Of a stretch of DNA of 52,382 nucleotides, positions 46,553 through 52,382 are shown one piece after another. Source of the stretch: a virus; the IMG/VR virus record IMGVR_UViG_3300045988_148619; one strand, written 5' to 3'. The translations under genes were made by a program, and so were the position numbers. Under the pieces are notes generated by a model. It searched no databases. It was not told the origin of the DNA and saw only the letters and a program-made list of their open reading frames with translations. Positions within the stretch are counted from its first letter, which is position 1. Every line of letters starts with the position of its first letter.

Positions 46553-48962
46553 TATAAATAACCCCCTCTAATTTTAATAATCTTTGCTCTAAAGCTTCTT
46601 TTTCAGATTCAAGTGATTCTACCTTCTGCTGTAGATGTTTAACAGCTCCTAGCACCAAGGTAGTGTAGGCATAGTTGTCTACTGCTCCACCATCCCCACC
46701 TTCATTATCATATAGAACTACCTCCATAGGTAATTCATCTATCATACAACCAAGTTGCATATCAGATCTTTTGACCCTTGCAGATACAGTGTTAGCTTCA
46801 TCTTTTATATCTGATATAGTTCTGTAGCCATAAGTATTTAAATCCTTTACTGTGTTGTATAAATATTCATTATCAAATTTTTGTATATCATATTTAGTTG
46901 ACCTTTTTGACACAGAACCTCCATATCCATAAACCCTGTACCACTCATAGCCAACACCCCCCAAATAGCCCCAGCCTTTTCCTAAACTATTCCAAAGAGA
47001 TACTTCACTACCCTTAGAACCAGCCCACTGACCATTTATCATAAGGTCTGTGCCTGCTTCAGCTTCTACATCCCACTTGTGACAGCCCACTTTAATTTTT
47101 GTAGTGTTTTCTTCACCTAAAGATAACACCCCACCAGTAGCAGTAAGAGAAATATTATTACTTCCCAAATCACTAAGTATTGCTTTTCCAGTACTTGCTA
47201 CAACCTTTCCTGATTTATCTAATTTAACTACAGGTGCTTGTAAATTCCCAGTAGAATAGAAGTTTCCTAAAAACTTCAGATTGTTGGCTGAAGTTAAAGC
47301 TAATCTACCACTGTATTCAGTGTTGGTATTTGGTAAATGGAAATCAATATATTGGCCAACTTCCATAGACCCATCTGAAGCCACATATGGGATTTTATTA
47401 TATATATCATTCTTATCACCAGCAAGTCCATTGACCATATTCTTAGTGACTAAATTAGTAGTGTCCACAGGAGCAGAACTCCCACCTGAAGAACCTCCTG
47501 AGCTAATGTCTACCCCATTAACAGAAAGCCTTCCTTTGATAGCTACATCCATATTAATGTCAAATAAGCCCTCTGTTTCAGAAGTCTTTCCTATTGCTAT
47601 ACCTTTACCACCTTTTAAGAAGTCCAAAGTAACAAAAGAGGTAGCTAATACTAAAGTTTCTTCAACTGTTGCAAAGTTATCTGAAAGGGTTAATTTTATT
47701 TCATAGGCTGATGTTGTTTCAAACCTACCACCTATAACTACAGCACCATCCTGAACAGGTGATTGACTAGCTGTAGTATAGTTGGAATCACCTGTTTTTC
47801 TGTAGCTAAGCTGAACTCTCACATTATTTGATCCACTGAGATTAGCAAAAGAATAGTTAGTATAAATTTTTGCATAAGTTCCATCTTCATCTGCTAACCC
47901 ATTAGATAAACACCTTCTAGCTGAAAACTCTATTATCTTGGGATTAGTGTAAGGTTGTACCTGTATAGATACAGTTTTAGTTGCTGATTGCCTTCCCCTT
48001 GAATCCACTACATAAGCAGTAAATGATATTGTTCCAGCTTCAGTTAAAAGTCCAGTAGTGGATTCAGCAACATTGGATGAATAGTTACCACCTTTTACTA
48101 CATAGTTAGTAATTGTAGACCCATAAACACCCTCAGCCCCTTTTACAGATAATTTACATTTGGATTTATTCTGAACATACCCAACAGAACTATTAATACC
48201 TACTGGAATTAACTCAGTTGTTATTTCTGTAAATGTGGGTTTTACTGAAGTTGGTACATGGGCAACAAAGTTTGTTGTGGTCTGACCCATCTTTGTACCA
48301 TTGCTGTATGTTTCTAAAACCATTTCACCAGCCCCAGTAATACTGTTTGGCAACTCATTACAGTCTGATATATTAGGGGTAAAGTTTACAGAAGTTGCCC
48401 CTGAATCCAGCAGTAACCTGTTTATTGACCCTAGTCTATAGTACAGTTTATGTGTGAATGTTGAAGATGATTTGTTTATTGCAACTTCAACAGCAGTACT
48501 TCCTAAAGTAATATCTGTTGTATTTAATGTAAAGGTTGATACCCTAGGGATAGTATTAAAGGAAGCTGTCCCTGTGGCTGTAACACTTGTCCAAAGCTTC
48601 CCTGAAAGATACACATTTAAAGGGAAAGTTGCTGATATATCACAGCTCTTTGTCCCATCACTGTTATGTTTTATATCTATTGTTTTAGTGTACAGGGTCT
48701 TTGTTTGCCCCCCTGTAAGTGTTGGGTTATAGGTAAAACTATATTTTGTACCATTTATTGTAACTGTACCAGTCTGAGTATTTGAAGATGATATTGTATA
48801 TCCAGCACTACTCACCAGCTGACATTTAAAAGTTACATTAGATGTATTTGTTGTTGGGTCTTGGCTGTTTACTGTCCAAACAACCTGAACCTTGTACCCT
48901 GTCCTAAAAGCATTTACAACACTTCCTGATGTTGCTCTTAGGTCTATATTTCTATTAATCAT
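46539..48962 (-). CDS. Receptor-binding tail fiber with a C-terminal intramolecular-chaperone (peptidase S74-like) domain
   Basis: 807 aa with a TGGAGGG RBS. It has a Gly/Ser linker SSGGSSGGSS. The C-terminus SKRSTKYDIQKFDNEYLYNTVKDLNTYGYR...LVLGAVKHLQQKVESLESEKEALEQRL resembles the auto-cleaving chaperone domain of tail spikes and fibers. Confidence 0.65.
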   Translation of the reverse strand: MINRNIDLRATSGSVVNAFRTGYKVQVVWTVNSQDPTTNTSNVTFKCQLVSSAGYTISSSNTQTGTVTINGTKYSFTYNPTLTGGQTKTLYTKTIDIKHNSDGTKSCDISATFPLNVYLSGKLWTSVTATGTASFNTIPRVSTFTLNTTDITLGSTAVEVAINKSSSTFTHKLYYRLGSINRLLLDSGATSVNFTPNISDCNELPNSITGAGEMVLETYSNGTKMGQTTTNFVAHVPTSVKPTFTEITTELIPVGINSSVGYVQNKSKCKLSVKGAEGVYGSTITNYVVKGGNYSSNVAESTTGLLTEAGTISFTAYVVDSRGRQSATKTVSIQVQPYTNPKIIEFSARRCLSNGLADEDGTYAKIYTNYSFANLSGSNNVRVQLSYRKTGDSNYTTASQSPVQDGAVVIGGRFETTSAYEIKLTLSDNFATVEETLVLATSFVTLDFLKGGKGIAIGKTSETEGLFDINMDVAIKGRLSVNGVDISSGGSSGGSSAPVDTTNLVTKNMVNGLAGDKNDIYNKIPYVASDGSMEVGQYIDFHLPNTNTEYSGRLALTSANNLKFLGNFYSTGNLQAPVVKLDKSGKVVASTGKAILSDLGSNNISLTATGGVLSLGEENTTKIKVGCHKWDVEAEAGTDLMINGQWAGSKGSEVSLWNSLGKGWGYLGGVGYEWYRVYGYGGSVSKRSTKYDIQKFDNEYLYNTVKDLNTYGYRTISDIKDEANTVSARVKRSDMQLGCMIDELPMEVVLYDNEGGDGGAVDNYAYTTLVLGAVKHLQQKVESLESEKEALEQRLLKLEGVIYNGIN

Positions 48963-48976
48963 TTATATCCCTCCAA

Positions 48977-51034
48977 TTATGCTCTACTCCATTTTAAAGA
49001 TAGATTCCCATTAGCCCCTTCTTGCCAAGTAAAGAATCCCTGTTCTACATTACCAATCTTTAGAGAGTGTCCAATCTCAGCCTGTGTAATGTGCATTTTG
49101 TTGTTGGAAATATAAGCAACTTCTTTATCATTTTCTAAAAAGGCAAGTTTCTTATTATCAAGTGAAGCTGTAAAAGGTGAATTTATTTGACCAAGCTCCA
49201 TACCATTTTCAGAAAATCTAATGTGTGTTTTTACTTCCTCCTTATACTTGTTTAACTCATCCCCTACTTTTACAGTGTAGTCATTAACTCTATTGAAATT
49301 TAATTCTACCATTTGATTTGTTTGTAAGATTTGAGAACTAATACCACTTTGCATTTCAGTAATAGTTACCCTGTCAGCATAGTTTTCAGCCACATTATTT
49401 AGGATTTCTTTCTGAGAATCCTGAATAGCATTATCTATATTTTGATTTAAGATTGTTTCAGTATTGTTTAATTTATCTTCAACAACTTGATCTAAATCTT
49501 CTTGGGCATAGCTATGGGCTGAAGCAACATTCCCATATTCAAGCTTAACCCAATCAATAGTACTTTCAGTGTCTATTGATGTTGATATTGGATATATGTT
49601 GATAAAGGCATCTTTACCTTTAATCCATTTGAATGTTTTTACATATCTTCCATCAGGCTTTCTATCTTCAGGAGTTAATTGACACAGCTCAGTAACTCCC
49701 CCTGAATTACACACCTGCCAAGCTCTTTTTCTTTCTCCTAACTGCCCTTTTATTGTTATGGTGTAGTCAGCCCCTTCTTCATAAGGCTCTAGTTGTGAAA
49801 GTGTAAATATTGCTGTTGGGTGATTATTGTTTGTGACCTTCCTTACAGAATCCAGTAATAGGTTTCTACCCCCCACTTGGATAGATTGAATCTTATCTTT
49901 CAATTCTTCAGCAGTACCTTCAAATTTATTTGAGATGTAAACAAGTTTATCAGCCATAGCCCTCATTTCATCTGTGATATTACTAGATACTTCTTTGAAG
50001 TTTGTTAAAGTACAATTATTAGATGTTGGGTCAGATTGAGATAATTCTAATTTCTGCACCCTTGCTTCTAAATGTAGAGGTGGATTAAAAGTATTGTCTA
50101 TAATATACACAGTGTCCCCTAGCCCCACTTGTTCCCCTAACATTTCTAAACTTAAATCATAAGTTATTTTTGGGGTAGACCTTTTGATGCTTTCTTCTCT
50201 AGTTAATAGCAGTAGCTCATGAGGTGAATTGGCATCACATTCAAATACACCAAAGATATGATTACCCCTGACATTGAATCTTTCAAAAGCTTCTTGGTTA
50301 ACAATGAAATCTTGGTCTAAGGGTTTATCCTCTGCTTCCACTGATTTAATGTCTATATTATCAGCCCCTACCCCTATTAGTGCAGTGCAAACCTCTGTTG
50401 AATCAACTTTTCTTGTTACCCCTGACATATTAAATCCATACTCAAACCTATGTAAATCCCTAGCACCCCTTTGAGTGTATAGGTCAACATACCTAGCAAC
50501 TATTCTGTTATTTACAATCTTAACCCTGAAAGACACTTCAGCTCCAAATTTACCTATAGCAATATCTTGAATTAGTGCATATACAGAAGTATGTTTATCT
50601 ATCTCAACATCCTCTAAAGCTGTTAAAGATAAACTTACATTACCTAATTTAAATGGAGTATCAGCCAGTATTGAATCCATAAAACTTTTTATATTTACTC
50701 CCACCATGCTTACAGGTCTGACATAACTGTTTAGTAGTTCAAGACCACAGGATTCAGTATATACAGTCTTATTAAATACATCTGTGTGATTATCTTCAAT
50801 ATCAACTATAGCAAACAGCTTCACTTCACCATTAAAGTCAAAGGCTATATAGTTTCCCACTTCTAAATAAGAAGCTTCAGGTGAATCCCCCAAAGTGGTA
50901 AATTCATATGATTCAGACCCATTATCTAAGTCTAAGCTGTGAACATCATCCCAAAAAGGTGTTACCTGTGAAGCATAGCCATTATTAGATAATACCCCAA
51001 CTATTTCCTCATTCTTATTTAATATATAAATCAT
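48977..51034 (-). CDS. Tail-associated lysin-like / tail tip protein (Tal; prophage tail endopeptidase family)
   Basis: ATG at 51034 follows TAGGAGGGAAAA. The N-terminus MIYILNKNEEIVGVLSNNG is typical of the 'phage minor structural protein, N-terminal region' family. The gene follows Dit. Confidence 0.7.
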   Translation of the reverse strand: MIYILNKNEEIVGVLSNNGYASQVTPFWDDVHSLDLDNGSESYEFTTLGDSPEASYLEVGNYIAFDFNGEVKLFAIVDIEDNHTDVFNKTVYTESCGLELLNSYVRPVSMVGVNIKSFMDSILADTPFKLGNVSLSLTALEDVEIDKHTSVYALIQDIAIGKFGAEVSFRVKIVNNRIVARYVDLYTQRGARDLHRFEYGFNMSGVTRKVDSTEVCTALIGVGADNIDIKSVEAEDKPLDQDFIVNQEAFERFNVRGNHIFGVFECDANSPHELLLLTREESIKRSTPKITYDLSLEMLGEQVGLGDTVYIIDNTFNPPLHLEARVQKLELSQSDPTSNNCTLTNFKEVSSNITDEMRAMADKLVYISNKFEGTAEELKDKIQSIQVGGRNLLLDSVRKVTNNNHPTAIFTLSQLEPYEEGADYTITIKGQLGERKRAWQVCNSGGVTELCQLTPEDRKPDGRYVKTFKWIKGKDAFINIYPISTSIDTESTIDWVKLEYGNVASAHSYAQEDLDQVVEDKLNNTETILNQNIDNAIQDSQKEILNNVAENYADRVTITEMQSGISSQILQTNQMVELNFNRVNDYTVKVGDELNKYKEEVKTHIRFSENGMELGQINSPFTASLDNKKLAFLENDKEVAYISNNKMHITQAEIGHSLKIGNVEQGFFTWQEGANGNLSLKWSRA

Positions 51035-51097
51035 ATTATTTTCCCTCCTAAACCAAAAAGGATGTAGCAACATTGCCCACATCCTTTAATATTTATT

Positions 51098-52382
51098 TTA
51101 TAAAAATTTCTCTCTTATACCAGTTATGGTATGAATGTATCTATCATCTGATCTCACCAAGAATTGTGAATCCCCTGGGGCTGATGTGAAGAACTCTGAG
51201 CCTATATCCAGCTTATCCATAAAAGGAACACCATTAAGATAAATTTTATGCTCCTCACAGTTAATTTGAAGTTCATCCCCATTTTGGAATATTGGGTTAT
51301 TTACAAATTCTTCTGTTTGTTCTGAATATGAGGTAACCCTCACATTTTCAACTGAAATAGTATCAGAAACAGGAGCAGATTTGTACTGACCAAACCATAA
51401 CACCACACTGGCAAGTTTACCTGTAGGGTATTTTGAATTGACTAAAGTATTACTTGATAGAGTTTTAACCACTTTACCATTTTGTAACTTCTGCATTTTA
51501 CATTGCCACATTGTTCCTAACCTACTTAATGAGAATCTTATTGTCCCATCATTCCAAGCCCCATATTTACCTGAATCAATATTGACAGTTACCTTTTCTT
51601 CTCCCTCTGTCCTTGTTTCAGTCTTAGCTTTAGGACAAACAGTGCTGTCATATAAAACCCTATTACTGCCTATAAAAATTTCAGGCTCTACAAATTCATA
51701 AAAGGCTTGAGAATCCTTGACACTGAACTTTCCTATCTTCTGACTGTTTTCATCAAATAAGTAAACCTCTATTCTTCCCATTTTACTAAAGTCCTCATAT
51801 TCTGATTCATCTATGACCATAGCACCACCTAGGCTCCTACTGACTGCTGTAAGATATTGCATTGAGCAATAACCAGTTTTACCATTATAGGCAACCCTAC
51901 CCCATCCATTTTGAATATCTGTTACTGTTACAGTGGTGTTGTATGGTATCTTAGCAATAGAAGTGTAGTTTGATCCTCTACCACTTCTCAGATTCAGCCC
52001 AGCAGAAGTGTTAACCCTATACCTAGCCCCAGTACTGCCAGTATTAGCTACAACCTTAGTATGTTCCATGCTTATATATCCAGTAACCTTGTTATAGGTA
52101 ACCTTACCCCAACCTTTAGCTATGTCTGAAACCTCAACAGTTTTATTTAGTGGAATCTTTCCTAAAATCTTAGCTTTTGTATTTCTATCAGCTCTAATCC
52201 TTAAAGATGGACTAGCTGTAATCTTATATGTACCTGATGTACTTGTACCACCAGTTCCCCCAATACCTCCTGATGATTCAGTGCCACCTGAACCACTAAC
52301 ACCTGTGTCTTTAGAATCAAAAGCCACATCAATGTGTACTTCAAAATCTTGCACAGTAGATTGAAGGTTTCTTCTAACACTA
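51098..52382 (-). CDS. Distal tail protein (Dit), C-terminal part with two SH3b-like modules. The unique sequence ends at 52327 and the gene continues from 807..1.
   Basis: The frame is open to the window end. It has a Gly-rich linker GSGGTESSGGIGGTGGTSTSG. The SH3b-like repeats read YKITASPSLRIRAD...GWGKVTYNKVTGYISM and YRVNTSAGLNLRSG...GWGRVAYNGKTGYCSM. Confidence 0.75.
   Translation of the reverse strand, partial: SVRRNLQSTVQDFEVHIDVAFDSKDTGVSGSGGTESSGGIGGTGGTSTSGTYKITASPSLRIRADRNTKAKILGKIPLNKTVEVSDIAKGWGKVTYNKVTGYISMEHTKVVANTGSTGARYRVNTSAGLNLRSGRGSNYTSIAKIPYNTTVTVTDIQNGWGRVAYNGKTGYCSMQYLTAVSRSLGGAMVIDESEYEDFSKMGRIEVYLFDENSQKIGKFSVKDSQAFYEFVEPEIFIGSNRVLYDSTVCPKAKTETRTEGEEKVTVNIDSGKYGAWNDGTIRFSLSRLGTMWQCKMQKLQNGKVVKTLSSNTLVNSKYPTGKLASVVLWFGQYKSAPVSDTISVENVRVTSYSEQTEEFVNNPIFQNGDELQINCEEHKIYLNGVPFMDKLDIGSEFFTSAPGDSQFLVRSDDRYIHTITGIREKFL
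52328..52382. repeat. 55-bp terminal direct repeat, a copy of 1..55
   Basis: Exact identity to the first 55 bases. Confidence 0.9.

Noticed and set aside
1-52382. Search for tRNA, rRNA, tmRNA, reverse transcriptase (DGR or retron), cas genes, transposases and toxin genes.
   Set aside because: I saw no T-loop/acceptor-like tRNA signatures (GGTTCGAAT-type), no RT motifs (YxDD), no transposase-like ORFs and no spacer-containing repeat arrays. This was a by-eye scan, so small RNAs could have been missed.

Overview
The window is a complete, self-closing phage genome. Its first 55 bases are repeated exactly at its last 55, so the unique length is 52,327 bp. It is AT-rich, with about 60 genes, nearly all on the minus strand. 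Gene content fits a siphovirus-type temperate phage of a low-GC Firmicute maintained as a phage-plasmid. No integrase is present, but there is a Rep_3-like initiator with 21-bp iterons and a ParM/ParR locus with a parC-like repeat array.

Reading the minus strand from high to low coordinates:
- Distal tail protein (crosses the contig junction), tail-tip protein, receptor-binding fiber, holin and endolysin.
- Plasmid replicon (rep on the plus strand) and partition block.
- Replication and recombination block: DnaC-like loader, DnaB-like helicase, Toprim primase, sigma factor, SSB, frameshifted C5-methyltransferase, Cas4-like nuclease, RuvC, N6-methyltransferase and family A DNA polymerase.
- Nucleoside-salvage operon: thymidine kinase, deoxynucleoside kinase and a NupC-family transporter, with a dNMP kinase nearby.
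- An XRE-type repressor (plus strand) and accessory genes: sigma region-4-like protein, SleB-like hydrolase, GNAT and tandem SprT.
- A 2.8-kb almost ORF-free, repeat-dense region.
- Packaging, head and tail genes.

The signals most worth follow-up:
1. Eleven copies of a rigidly spaced motif, GTCACA-N15-TGWAC-CTAWAY, one ahead of each early/replication transcription unit.
2. At least 19 copies of the 18-bp palindrome TTGAAW-N6-WTTCAA, usually between a terminator and the next gene, plus a 65-bp double-palindrome cassette ahead of the portal, tail-tube and endolysin genes.
3. A phage-borne nucleoside import-and-phosphorylation operon.
4. The ORF-free region with phased GGGTGAC repeats and a G-rich tract, a candidate cos/pac site.
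5. A duplicated promoter-bearing intergenic element.
6. An orphan promoter-terminator unit between holin and endolysin.
7. SH3b modules shared between the distal tail protein and the endolysin.

All family assignments rest on motifs read by eye and recalled family signatures. No database search or statistics were run.
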